Position numbers and translations under genes: made by a program
In this document: one piece after another, positions 41,440 to 56,687 of the stretch
How the letters are laid out: every line of letters starts with the position of its first letter
Position numbering within the stretch: position 1 is the first letter of the stretch
From: Eledone cirrhosa
Taxonomy: Eukaryota
Direction of reading: 5' to 3'
DNA length: 64,000 nucleotides
Assembly: GCA_964016885.1 (NCBI GenBank)
Contig: OZ024743.1
Coordinates: 343,790,001 to 343,854,000 of the forward strand
The notes under the pieces: model-generated
The model's database searches: none
What the model was told of the DNA's origin: nothing
What the model saw: the letters and a program-made list of their open reading frames with translations, nothing else

Positions 41440-41730
41440 TTTCTATTTGTATATCTATTTATTTCGAAATGCGTTCTGTAAAAACAATGTCTATTTTCTC
41501 TATAATATACAGAATCTTTCAACCATTCCCTTTCGTATTTCTCTCACGATAACGAGGTAATTACATGCGGAGAATAGTCAAGTGAAATTGACCCTGGCAC
41601 CTGCTGCATGTGCTGCCGGTGTAGTAGCTGCTGCTGCAGTTGCTGCAATAGTTTTCACTGGCACTGTTGCTGTTGCTGATGCTGCTACTGTTGATGTAGC
41701 TACATGCATGTTTTCTGGCACTCTTTCCAA
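41440..41730 (-). pseudogene. Possible decayed Gypsy/Ty3 gag N-terminus (Gln-rich)
   Basis: One minus frame reads LHQQ*QHQQQQQCQ*KLLQQLQQQLLHRQHMQQVPGSISLDYSPHVITSLS*EKYERE, and a shifted frame gives IDIVFTERISK. This resembles Q-rich gag starts from memory, but has several stops and frameshifts. Confidence 0.3.
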
Positions 41731-42548
41731 ACAATGTCGACATAAGGAATATACAGTTTCATTAAGCGTGTATCGAGGGAGGAAAAAATGATAGCGAGTA
41801 AGAAAAACCATTGAAAAGTTGTTCTCCCACGAGGAAAACAAGGTTTCTTGATCAACGTAAATAAAACCCAACATCTAATCAGACTGTGGATATTTGATGC
41901 ACAACTATAATGTTCATTTGTAGTTTTGCTACTAAATTACTTCCCTCACATCACCGTAAACTAGTTTTTGCAATGCATGTTCTATTCGGAAAACTTTCAA
42001 ATTTGGTATTTATTAATCTTTTATCAGAATTTGCGTTGTTTCTTTTCTGAATAGCTTATACGTCGGTCTCAAGAGAGATGAAATGGCATCAATCTTGGGT
42101 CTTTTCTCATGATGAACTTTGAACAGATGCCATGCAGAGAATTGTATATCTATTCTGAATAGTTTTCAGTCAGCCAGGCTTTCATGACTGATAAATAAAA
42201 AGCTAATTTTGGGTATTAATCCGCTCTTTGGATATTGGGAAAAGCTGCTTTTCTCTACTCTATACATTGTTTGTATAAGGGGAGTTTGCATGTGATCATT
42301 GCTAAAGGTAATTTTATTGAACTAACAAAATGAAGTAAATAGCTAACCCTCTCTGTATGTTCAATGAAAACACAGCAGCTATGTCTTGGCTGATCTCTGT
42401 TTGTAGGAGTTTATCGAAATCTAATATCGCATCAAAACTTTCGTGGAAAAGACACTGTTTTCAAATGAAAAATCAATGAATTGGACTATAGATTCTTATC
42501 AACTTTTGGCATGTTATTACATAAAATCAAATCAAACATACAAAACAA

Positions 42549-42549
<1 letters not shown>

Positions 42550-42626
<77 letters not shown>

Positions 42627-42636
42627 GCCGCCGCCG

Positions 42637-42706
<70 letters not shown>

Positions 42707-42726
42707 CGCCGCCGCTGCTGCTGCTG

Positions 42727-42822
<96 letters not shown>

Positions 42823-42843
42823 ACAACAACAACAACAACAACA
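42550..42843. repeat. Compound trinucleotide microsatellite (CTA)n/(CCG)n/(CCA)n/(CTG)n/(CAA)n
   Basis: Directly visible. Confidence 0.98.
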
Positions 42844-43129
42844 GTAACAGTATAAATTATAACAATGGTGAATACATACATGAATAAATAAAACGAAATA
42901 GAGACAACGACCACCACTAAGCATTATTTACGTACCCAGGAATACGCAAATGGATCTCTAAAAAGATATGACACATATTTTCAGTACACATCTCACTCAT
43001 ATATTGGTTTTTCAAATTATTTATTTAATTCTTTGATTGATGCTTTTATTTCTTTTTCTTTCTCTATGCCCCACTTTGAATATCTATCTATCGAATTATT
43101 TGTTTGTCTGTCTATCAGTATATCTACGA

Positions 43130-45475
<2,346 letters not shown>

Positions 45476-45901
45476 CCAATTCAAGCATGGAAAATAGATG
45501 CTAAACCGTGATGAACCCACACCACACCCCACTTCCCAACACAAACACACACAGAGATACACATACGCATTGACACACATACGCATTGACACACATATAT
45601 ACACATACACATGCGAAGACATGCACAAATACATTGTAACAGTGGTGTAACTGTTGTTTGAAACTAGTTCGAGGAATTTTGACGAGTGAAGCACTTTTCC
45701 CCTAATAAACAGCTACCAGCTGGATGTTTCTGCCGTTTAGGTGTTCTAATTAAAGGTTTCAGATAAAAAGAAGAGATTACAATACGTTTTCTGTGAGTGA
45801 ATGATGTTGTTTAGTACATGAAATACTCTCATCTGAAGGTGGCACTTATTGGTGAGCAAGCAATATCCGAATATATTTTCTTCAAACTACACATACACAC
45901 A

Positions 45902-45978
<77 letters not shown>

Positions 45979-46036
45979 GACAAAGTGTCGGTGCTATTTA
46001 GCCTACATGCATACGCATATGCACGTCTCTGTTTCT

Positions 46037-46064
<28 letters not shown>

Positions 46065-46067
<3 letters not shown>

Positions 46068-46158
46068 GGAACAAGTAAGACCCCGACGGCTGAGCTCAAT
46101 TCAGAATTAGCCGTCAAAACGGCTTGAGCTCAGCCGTCGTGGTCTTACTTGTTCCTAT
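46065..46158. mobile_element. Small hairpin/MITE-like palindrome
   Basis: 35-bp inverted arms (46065-46099 and 46124-46158) with one mismatch; TA on both sides of the GGAAC...GTTCC core. Confidence 0.7.
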
Positions 46159-46611
46159 TACCCACTCTACTACCCTAAGCATTGAGTACTTTGGTGCGTT
46201 ATGGTCCACCTGGTTCCTTACCACATTTCCTTCGTTATATATATATATATATAAAAGAAGAAAGAGAGACGTGCATATGTATATACGTATATCTATATAT
46301 CTATCTCTATATATATGTATATATATATACATATATACATATATATATACATACACATATACATATATATATATATATATGTATGTACCACTTTAAAGTA
46401 TGTATATTTTTATACATATCATTTGCTCTATATATGTGTACAAAATACTATTTGTTTGTCAAAATATATAAATATATACGCTTTTTCCCCCCACTCTCTC
46501 TCTATATATATTTTCAACTTGTATAATTGATGCTCAGAACTAAGGTCCATGGTACATTTTTATCTCGAAACAATATCGTTACATATGTCATATGTAATGA
46601 TACCTTTACAT

Positions 46612-46690
<79 letters not shown>

Positions 46691-46724
46691 GTATAAATAT
46701 ATATATATATATATACACACACAC

Positions 46725-46799
46725 TATGGTGTCCCCAAAATATTTATACCAAATTTTATTAGAATGCTGTTGAAGTATGTATACATTTTTTGGGACACC

Positions 46800-46802
<3 letters not shown>
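46725..46802. mobile_element. Tiny Tc1/mariner-type MITE
   Basis: Right TIR reverse complement CAGGGTGTCCCAAAAAATGTATAC versus left TATGGTGTCCCCAAAATATTTATAC; followed by TA. Confidence 0.65.
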
Positions 46803-46878
<76 letters not shown>

Positions 46879-47027
46879 AGTGTGTGTGGGTGTATGTGTA
46901 TGTATGTGTGTGTATAGGCGATAGACCGTTTAAATGACGGCGAGGTAAAATTTGCCTTTCATATTTTCCGTAACATACCAACCAGCCCAGTGAGATGATT
47001 GTTGGAATTGATAGAGATTTGTGACTT

Positions 47028-47205
47028 CGACATACAGGACGCCCTCTCTTGAGGTATAAGGACACGATCAAAGATAACATTCTTAACTGCTGGAGGCATT
47101 GTGTTGATGACAGACCAATATGGCGGAAGCTAATCCATGATGTAAGCATCGATATTGAAAACTAAAGGAAGCAGGACAACAAGAGAAAAAGGGAGAAGAT
47201 ATAAT
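47028..47205 (+). pseudogene. RTE-clade LINE ORF C-terminal fragment
   Basis: Translates RHTGRPLLRYKDTIKDNILNCWRHCVDDRPIWRKLIHD, matching the RTE C-terminal pattern GRP-x-LRYKD...DR-x-x-WR. Confidence 0.7.
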
Positions 47206-47641
47206 GAACAAACTATGTCATGCTACTAATATAGATTTATTTTTAACCAACTGGAATGACTGCTTGTATATTCGGCTGAAACTCATCTTATGAGCTGTTG
47301 TTTGCCCGTATCAGGACTCAGGCAGGCAAATTCTTTCCTTGCTCACATTTCGACCAGGTTTGATGGTCTTTATTCTCTCTCGTCCACGATTTCACAGAAC
47401 TTATATTCATCGATTTTAGGGACTTGACTTCTTCTTCCTCACTTTTCGTTGCATTACCATCTTTGATTGTTTACAGTCTCGCTCGTTCCCCATATTTACG
47501 TGTCCCAACGACTTTCTTTAGCTGTTGCTCGCACCAACCGGAGGTATATGGTCTTTAAAGCGATGAAATACCAATGAAGGTTGGAAGATCACTGATGAAG
47601 GACTAAATTTATTCATATATATATATATATATATATAGACA

Positions 47642-48073
47642 CAATTGTCCCCCGGTATTCGCGGGGATTACGTTCCTAGAATACCCGCGAAGAATGAAAA
47701 ACCGCAAACATTGGATGTGGTCCATAAAAACGCCTATAACCGTCAAAATATAACGTAAAATATACACCGGCAAATACGGTATATTGTTATTAATAATTTA
47801 GCGTTAAAAAGCATGAAAAAATATATACTACCACAAAAAACCCATAAACATTCGCGGGACATATTTACGATTACGCGAATATGCGGTGGTTTCCACGAAT
47901 AATTATTAGTTAGGCTCTAAGGAAACTTCCGCGAATAAACGGGACTACTCGCGAAAAACCGAAAATCCGAGGGAAAATCCGAGGAAAATCTCTATATAGA
48001 TATATAAACATATGTATAGTCTAACCACAAATAGCGAACCAGAATATCAGAATATATCGCACAAGAAACACGG
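47642..48073. mobile_element. Tigger/pogo-like non-autonomous element
   Basis: Left end CAATTGTCCCCCGGTATTCGCGGGGATTACGTTCC resembles Tigger/MER44-type TIRs; internal CCGCGAA motifs; degenerate right end TATAGTCTAACCACAAATAGCGAACC...ACACGGTA. The right boundary is uncertain. Confidence 0.6.
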
Positions 48074-48086
48074 TATATTCTATATA

Positions 48087-48224
48087 CCGTATCTGCCGGC
48101 GTCGTAGACGCTACTTTTTTCCTAAAATAAGTCTAAAAAATCTACGATTATTTTTCAAATTTTTGGTTGTCAAAGTTAGGGTGGATCCTCGAGGACGAAG
48201 TGTCTTCGGCGCCTGGAAATACGG
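48087..48224. mobile_element. Tc2-like (CCGTA-ended) MITE, 138 bp
   Basis: TIRs CCGTATCTGCCGGCGTCGTAGACGC and reverse complement CCGTATTTCCAGGCGCCGAAGACAC; TA on both flanks. Confidence 0.8.
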
Positions 48225-48664
48225 TAAACCAAATACATATTCTATAGAAGAATATGTACACAAGTGGAATCATAAGTGAAACCTTATAGTGTATGGCTAT
48301 ATCGAGAGTATGGCTAAAAATCGATCTATGTAATCGATCATCGAAAGAAAAAAAAATGAATCAATATATTCGATCATCGAAGACAAACTATCGATTATGA
48401 TTAAACCACATGAGACTCAGGTTCTCACCAGAGTTTTAGTTTCACCATTCTAAGGAAAATATAGAATGAAGATGCTAAATAAATCAATACACCTGGGAAT
48501 ATTCACAGCTAAGACCAATGCGTCCACCATGCAGAAGCACATGGTGAAATACGCTAGACCAGAGGCAAATAAATATCCACAAGGTGGACGATAACTCCGC
48601 TAGAAATAGGAGCAGTAATTATAACCACCGAGCTCAACAAGTTAAGAGGTTTGGAGCCGTTAAA

Positions 48665-48813
48665 TCATAATATAATAAAGGGAGGAGTGCGGGACTGCGT
48701 CCTGAATATATATTTTTTTATCCGTTTGTAAAATAAATTGGATTACTTTGAATAAATAATGAATGAATATTACATAATTTATGTACTAAATTTCGTAATT
48801 CTTGATTAAATAT
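48665..48813 (+). mobile_element. 5' fragment of the same non-autonomous Helitron family as 55357-55825
   Basis: A|TCATAATATAATAAAGGGAGGAGTGCGGGACTGCG... aligns over about 145 bp to the reverse complement of 55675-55825. Confidence 0.75.
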
Positions 48814-49129
48814 AAATAATTTTATTGCTTATTTCAAGATTCACTTCTTTTATATAAATACCACTTCTATTAGTTATTTAATTATACTGGTACTATTCTA
48901 TATATCTAAAGTTGCTACACCCACGGTAGTGCTATTTTTATATATTGGGGCTACTTAGAGGGTTCACGTTAGGGTTAACACCCCACTTTTATCAAGTGTT
49001 TAATGACACTGTTACTATTCTATATATGTATGATGTAGATGTTATACGTGGTGTAGTGTATCTTAATGAGCTAGGATTGATAGATAGTCAATATATGCTG
49101 TTTAATCAGGCGAATAGTATTCAAACGAT

Positions 49130-49507
49130 TGGAACAGCCTATGAGGACAATTCGTAAGGATTTCGGATCTACGGTTCAGGATGTTCGGGCTATGCTTAAT
49201 AATTGATTCCAGCAAGCATAAGCTGCAAGTTTTGTTAGTGCGACGGTATGAGGGTGCCCTAGCTAACATTTTCCAGTCTAAATGTATACGGTATACTTTT
49301 ATTTTTTAATTTCCAGACGTAACTTGCTAAAGATGTTACATGTTTTGTTTCTAAACGAATGGGTATGTGCAATATTTTTTTTTGAAAGTATTGGCAGTCG
49401 CTCCGATATATAATTTGGTTGTATTCTGTGCAGCTACTATGCATCCGTATACAATGTTTTTTGTTTGGCACCTATTCTTAAGTGGACAATTTACTTTATT
49501 TACAAAC

Positions 49508-49578
<71 letters not shown>

Positions 49579-49660
49579 GTTATTCCGGGTTGAATCGGAG
49601 GTAACCACAGTAAGTAAGGTACTCAATACATAGCAGAGTATAACAGTTTTAATATAGATG
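49130..49660 (-). pseudogene. Penelope-like element GIY-YIG endonuclease domain (frameshifted, interrupted by (TA)n)
   Basis: Reads NKVNCPLKNRCQTKNIVYGCIV...KLYIGATANTFKK / RLETKHVTSLASYVWKLKNKSIPY / RAPSYRRTNKTCSLCLLESIIKHSPNILNRRSEILTNCPHR, showing IVY...YIG, CxLC and LNxRSE motifs; KLLYSAM lies upstream of the (TA)n. Confidence 0.85.
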
Positions 49661-49714
49661 AGATTCTACAGGACTAGGACTAGAACTGTTTCATTCATTA
49701 GAAATCATCAGGAA

Positions 49715-49760
<46 letters not shown>

Positions 49761-49767
<7 letters not shown>

Positions 49768-50323
49768 TAACCACGAACGACGAACTGCGAGTACGCAGGG
49801 GATACTATATATAGTATAACCGCAAATGGTGAACCACGAATACGTGAGGGGTACACTGAGTATATAGTTTGATGCGAATGACAAAGCACGAATACGGCGG
49901 TACACTCTGTATATATAATATAACCGCGAATAGCGAACCCGGAATACACAAGGAGCACACTGTATATATATATATATACCCGCAAATAGTGAACCACGAA
50001 TACGCAGGGCACGCATAAATATAGTATAACTGTGAATAGCAAACCGCGAATACACGCGGGGTGTCACACAGTATATATATAGTATAACCGTGATTGGCAT
50101 ATCGTGAATATGCGGGGTTACACTGTACAGATGTATAGTATATCGGCGAATACGCAGGGGGTACGTAGTACATATATATATCGTGTAACCACGATTGGCG
50201 AACTGTCAATGCACGGCGTGTTACACTGTGCATATATAGTATAACCGCGAATACTCGTGGGGTAAATGTATGTATAGTACAACCGTGAATGGCAAACCAC
50301 GAATACGCAAGCGGGGTACACTG

Positions 50324-50376
<53 letters not shown>

Positions 50377-50480
50377 TAACCACAAATGGGTACACTATGT
50401 ATATATAGTACACCACGAATGGCGAACTGCGAATACGCGGGTGTACACTGCATATATATATATATATATATATAGTATAA
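49761..50480. repeat. Tandem array (~13 copies, ~50-60 bp) of a Tigger-like terminal sequence
   Basis: Unit approximately TATAGTATAACCGCGAATAGCGAACCGCGAATACGCAGGGGTACACTGTA with variable TA linkers. Confidence 0.85.
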
Positions 50481-50669
50481 TTGAATTTTCATACACTTAA
50501 CATGTATGCGTGACCTTAGGTTTCGGAGTCCAGTTATGGCCACCACTCTATAGTGGAGGAGCCGTTTCAATACTGGCCTCTCATAGGACACCAGGGCAAA
50601 ATTACGAAAACCCACTCAACGAAACACTCGACACAGCCATGTTGTGAAGCCACAGAGAGAGTCTTTTTA

Positions 50670-51115
50670 CGGTCGCTCGGCCTATTAGATACAGCAGCAA
50701 AATCTTCCCAAAATCATAACCTCTTAGAAAAGGATACGTTTGACAATTGTTTCTACTTTAGGCACAAGGCCAGCAATTACCCAGTTCATTACTGGTACTT
50801 TATTTTATCGACCCCATAAGGATGAAAAGCAAAGTCAACCTCGGCGGGATTGCATGCATATAGGATAACAATGGAATGGCAAAAAGCTGGAATGTCTTTG
50901 ATTATAGGTTTTCACATTCTGGACAGATTTGGTCTTAAGAAAAATATAACCACTACCACTAAAGCCCACAAAGAAGCCTCTAAGTAGTTGTTGAACATTC
51001 TAGAAATAGCAGCCAAATCTTCCTCAAAATTACACCAGGCAGTCTTGGAAAACACAATGGATACAGAAAGAGATATAGGAAGGTTATGACTGGAACGCTA
51101 CTAACCTGTGGCAAA
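50670..51115. mobile_element. Old interspersed repeat (host family copies 2 and 3)
   Basis: TAGATACAGCAGCAAAATCTTCCCAAAATCATA and CTAGAAATAGCAGCCAAATCTTCCTCAAAATTACACC are homologous to about 40295-40350. Confidence 0.55.
50747..50851 (-). mobile_element. 5'-truncated family 1 SINE
   Basis: Matches 40388-40492 and stops inside the B box. Confidence 0.9.
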
Positions 51116-51121
51116 ATAACA

Positions 51122-51122
51122 A

Positions 51123-51158
<36 letters not shown>

Positions 51159-51216
51159 AGCTGCTGCTCCTCCTCTCCTCCCCTTCCCCCTCCTCCTACT
51201 CTTCCTCCTACTCTTC

Positions 51217-51271
<55 letters not shown>

Positions 51272-51892
51272 CACTACCACTACTACTACTACTACTATTA
51301 CACGGAACATTCCATTACCGTCACGATTTCAATTCTACTATACCATCAAAATGTCACCATCACCACAATAACACCACTAACACCACCACCAACACCAGCC
51401 GCCACCACCACCCCGACCACCAACCACCACGACGACCACCACCACCAAAACCATTACCACCACCACCACCAACAACCGCCACCACCACCATCCCCATAAG
51501 GTCCCCCACCATCCCCACAAGGCCCCCCCACCATCCCCACAAGGTCTTACCAACACTACCACTACTACGCCCACCACCACCATCAACCGCCACCACCACC
51601 ATCAACCGCCACCACCACCATCAACCGCCACCACCACCATCCCCACAAGGTCCTACCACCGCACCATTCCCACATCCCCCCCCCCCCCAACCCACCACCA
51701 CCACCATCCCCACATGGTTCTACCACCACCACCCCACCATCACCCGCCACCGCCACCGCCACCATCCCCACATGGTTCTACCAACACCACTAACACAACC
51801 ACCAACACCACCACCACCACCACCACCACAACCACCACCACCACCACCACCACAACAACCACCACCACCACCACCACCACCACTACCACCAA
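51122..51892. repeat. (CTA)n and (CCA)-rich low-complexity tract with a recurring CCATCCCCACA(A/T)GG motif
   Basis: Directly visible; the motif recurs about 6 times between 51489 and 51776. Confidence 0.9.
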
Positions 51893-51999
51893 TAACATCG
51901 TTGTCTAGTTAATGTTAATTAAGGTTATTGAAAGAATCTTCTCCAAAACTAAATGAATATTTAAGAATTCTAAATGGCTTATACACATACATATATTAT

Positions 52000-53128
<1,129 letters not shown>

Positions 53129-53234
53129 ACCTGAATTCGTCTTCATTAATGCATTTTCTGTTAAATTAAAATTAGAACATAAAGCGAGGGTGGTGGGTTG
53201 CGGAGTGGGGGTTGTGTTATAAGGAAACTGGTGG

Positions 53235-55190
53235 AGTGGAGATGGTTGTAATGGTGGTGGGGCTGGTAGTATGATGAAGGTAGCGGTGATGGTGGGAGTG
53301 ACGATGGAGGTGGTGATGGTGGCAGTGATGGTAGTGGTGGTGATGGTGGTAGTGGTGGTAGCGGTGGCAGTTATGGTAGTGGTGCTGATGGTGGCAGTGA
53401 GGGTAGTGGTGGTGATGGTGGTTATGGTGGTAGTGGTGGTGATGGTGGTAGCGGTGGTGATAGTGGCAGTGGTGGTAGCGGTGGTGATGGTGACAGTGGT
53501 GGTAGTGGTGGTGATGGTGGCAGTGGTGGTAGTGGTGGTGATGGTGGCAGTGGTGGTAGTGGTGGTGATGGTGGCAGTGGTGGTAGTAGTGGTGATGGTG
53601 GCAGTGGTGGTAGTGGTGGTGATAGTGGCAGTGGTGGTAGCGGTGGTGATGGTGACAGTGGTGGTAGTGGTGGTGATGGTGGCAGTGGTGGTAGTGGTGG
53701 TGATGGTGGCAGTGGTGGTAGTGGTGGTGATGGTGGCAGTGGTGGTGGCAGTGGTGGTGATGGTGGCAGTGGTGGTAGTGGTGGTGATGGTGACAGTGGT
53801 GGTAGTGGTGGTGATGGTGGCAGTGGTTGTAGTGGTGGTAGTGGTGGTAATGTTGGAATGATGGTAGTGGTGGTGATGGTGGCAGTGATGGTAGTGGTGG
53901 TGATGGTGACAGTGGTGGTAGTGGTGGTGATGGTGGCAGTGGTTGTAGTGGTGGTAGTGGTGGTAATGGTGGCAGTGGTGGTTATGGTGGTGATGGTGGC
54001 AGTGATGGTAGTGGTGGCAGTGGTGGTAGTGGTGGCAGTTCTGGTAGTGGTGGTGCTGGTGGCAGTGGTGGCAGTGGTGGTGATGGTGGCAGTGATGGTA
54101 GTGGTGGTAGTGGTGGTAGTGGTGGTGGAAGGATGGTAGGGGTGGTGTTGGTGGCAGCGGTGGTAGTGGTGGTGATGGTGGCAGTGGTGGTAGTGGTGGT
54201 GATGGTGACAGTGATGGTAGTGGTGGTGATGGTGGTAGTGGTGGTAGCGGTGGCAGTTATGGTAGTGGTGGTGATGGTGGCAGTGGTGGTACTGGTGGTG
54301 ATGGTGGCAGTGGTGGTAGTGGTGGTGATGGTGGCAGTGGTGGTAGTGGTGGTAGTGGTGGTGATGGTGGCAGTGGTTGTAGTGGTGGTAGTGGTGGTAA
54401 TGGTGGCAGTGGTGGCAGTGGTGGTGATGGTGGCAGTGGTGGTAGTGGTGGTGATGGTGGCAGTGGTGGTAGTGGTGGTGATGGTGGCAGTTATGGTAGT
54501 GGTGGTGATGGTGGTAGTGGTGGTAGTGGTGGTGATGGTGGCAGTGGTGGTAGTGGTGGTGATGGTGGTAGTGGTGTTAATGTTGGCAGTTATGGTAGTG
54601 GTGGTGATGGTGGCTGTGAGGGTAGTGGTGGTGATGGTGGCAGTGGTGGTAGTGGTGGTGATGGTGGCAGTGGTGGTAGTGGTGGTGGCAGTGGTGGTAG
54701 TGGTGGTGATGGTGGCAGTGGTGGTAGTGGTGGTGATGGTGGCAGTGGTGGTAGTGGTGGTGGCAGTGGTGGTAGTGGTGGTGATGGTGGCAGTGGTGGT
54801 GCTGGTGGCAGTGGTGGTGCTGGTGGCAGTGATGGTAGTGGTGGTAATGTTGGCAGTGATGGTAGTGGTGGTGATGGTGGTAGTGGTGGTGGTGGGGATA
54901 GTTATGTGATGATGGAGGCGGTGATGGTGGCTGTGGTGATGGTGGGGTTAGGTATGAGATGATGGTGGCGGTGATGGTGGGGATAGTTATGTGATGGTGG
55001 GGATAGTTATGTGATGATGGTGGCGGTGATGGTGGCAGGGATGGCGGTAGGTATAGTGGTGTTTTGATGGTGCTGCTCGTGATGGTGGTAGCAATGGTGT
55101 TGAGGAAAATTGTAATGTAAAGGTGGTGGTAATTGTGGTCTTGATGGTGGTAGGTAGAATTGTGTGGTGATAAAGGTAGTGGTGAGGATA
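53235..55190. repeat. Degenerate 9/27-bp TGG-based minisatellite (GTGGTGGTA-GTGGTGGTG-ATGGTGGCA)
   Basis: Directly visible; source of the poly-Val ORFs. Confidence 0.92.
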
Positions 55191-56075
55191 GTCGTGTTAT
55201 ATGGTTTTGACCCTGTTAATTGGACGACAAGGTCACTTCAGAAGCTCTCTACATTCACGAACCACATCATGAAACTTATGACAGGCAAGCGGCTCAGCGA
55301 CCGTATCCGTATCAGTGAGCTTCTCAACATTACCAAATTTAGACCAATTACATCAACTAGCAGAAAAACCACCCTTCGGGTATTTTTCTGCTAGCATGTG
55401 TAGTGTGTATATTGATATTATACGCAGGTATATATACATGTAGATATATGCATCAAATAAAATCGTAATTGATAATATATAATACATAGAAATTGAACGA
55501 AGACTGTGTTACACTGTATTATGTAATCAGTAACGTAATCCATGATACATTAAAATAGACGATATTATATATAAACTGCAGTTGGAGAAAATTAGTATGC
55601 TTATTTAAGCGATGGCCAACCGGAAGTGTTGACATTTCAGAAATTTTAAAGAAGTGAATCTTTAAATAAACAAAATATATTTAATCAACAGTCACGAAAT
55701 TTAGTAGATAAATTATGTAATATTCATTCATTATTTATTCAAAGTAATCCAACTTATTTTACTCATGGGATAAAAAATTATAAACCGTACGCAGTCCCGC
55801 GCTCCTTACTTTATTATAGTTTAGATTGTCAAGTCAAGAGTACTCAAACTATACGGTCATATAAAATGATCAACCCGTGGTGTGAGTAGGTTATGACTGG
55901 AAGGAAGGTTGGCTGGTAGGAGAAGCAGAGGACGGCAGCCAAAACGATGGCTTGACAATGTCAACTTATGGACTGGACTTGATCTTTGCTCTTTGAACTC
56001 TGCTGCTGGTGATCGAACTTTGTGAAGAGAGATATCGCATGTTAACGCGCAGTCTGCAAACTGGTGGAGTTTAGC
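55191..56075 (+). pseudogene. RTE-clade LINE 3' ORF fragment split by a Helitron
   Basis: Joining 55356 to 55826 gives VVLYGFDPVNWTTRSLQKLSTFTNHIMKLMTGKRLSDRIRISELLNITKFRPITS-IVKSRVLKLYGHIK*...LEGRLAGRRSRGRQPKRWLDNVNLWTG...DRTL*R, the typical RTE C-terminus. Confidence 0.88.
55357..55825 (-). mobile_element. Non-autonomous Helitron, 469 bp
   Basis: Minus strand A|TCTAAACTATAATAAAG ... ACCCGAAGGGT hairpin ... CTGCTAG|T; no TSD; removing it restores the host reading frame. Confidence 0.88.
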
Positions 56076-56502
56076 GTCACAAGATGGTGCTTGTGATAGT
56101 GGTTGGGATGGTAGTAGTTGTGACATGAGGGAGATGACAATGGTGATAGTAAAGGTGATAGCGCTGCAGTGATCTAGGTAACAGTAATAGGGGTGTGTTG
56201 GTAATGGCGGTAGTAGTGGGACGACGGTAATGATAATGGTGGTTATTATAGTAGGGGCATTAATGATGATGTGGTGGTGATGTTGATAATGGTAGTTATG
56301 GACTGTATGCTTCTCTGTGTTATATCTATATGGTTCCATGTGAAACACTATAGTGGGGCATTTGATGTTGATAAGGCTGATAGTAATATGGAAAGGAATT
56401 GATTGAAGTGGTAGTAATGGTGGTGATAGTGATGATGGTTGTGGTTATAGGGGCAGTAGTGGTGTTACTAATCTGATGTCATTGTGGAGGTGAGGTGATA
56501 AT

Positions 56503-56687
56503 TGTCTCTACTTTAGGCACAAGGCCAGCAATTACCCAGTGCATTACTGGTACTTTATTTTATCGACCCCGTAAGGATCAAAGGCAAAGTCAACCTCGGC
56601 GGGATTTGAACTCAGATCGTAAAGGGACGTAACTATGCTGGAAAGCATGGCGTCCGACCCTCTACCGATACTGCCAATCCACCGCCC
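56503..56687 (-). mobile_element. Full-length family 1 tRNA-derived SINE with 16-bp TSD
   Basis: Head GGGCGGTGGATTGGCAGTATCGG and B box GAGTTCAAATCCC; direct repeat GAGGTGAGGTGATAAT at 56487-56502 and 56695-56710. Confidence 0.93.

Noticed and set aside
41561-41874. Ala/Thr-rich (antifreeze-like) or Ser/Cys-rich small protein
   Set aside because: These are alternative frames of a short CAG/CAA-rich tract with no supported exon structure; a decayed Gln-rich frame explains it equally well.
47330-47530. Additional minus-strand RTE 3' fragment
   Set aside because: Only a vague GHV/basic-patch resemblance; too degenerate to support without an alignment.
47590-47612. Second hammerhead core (CTGATGA)
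   Set aside because: No helix II or GAAA follows.
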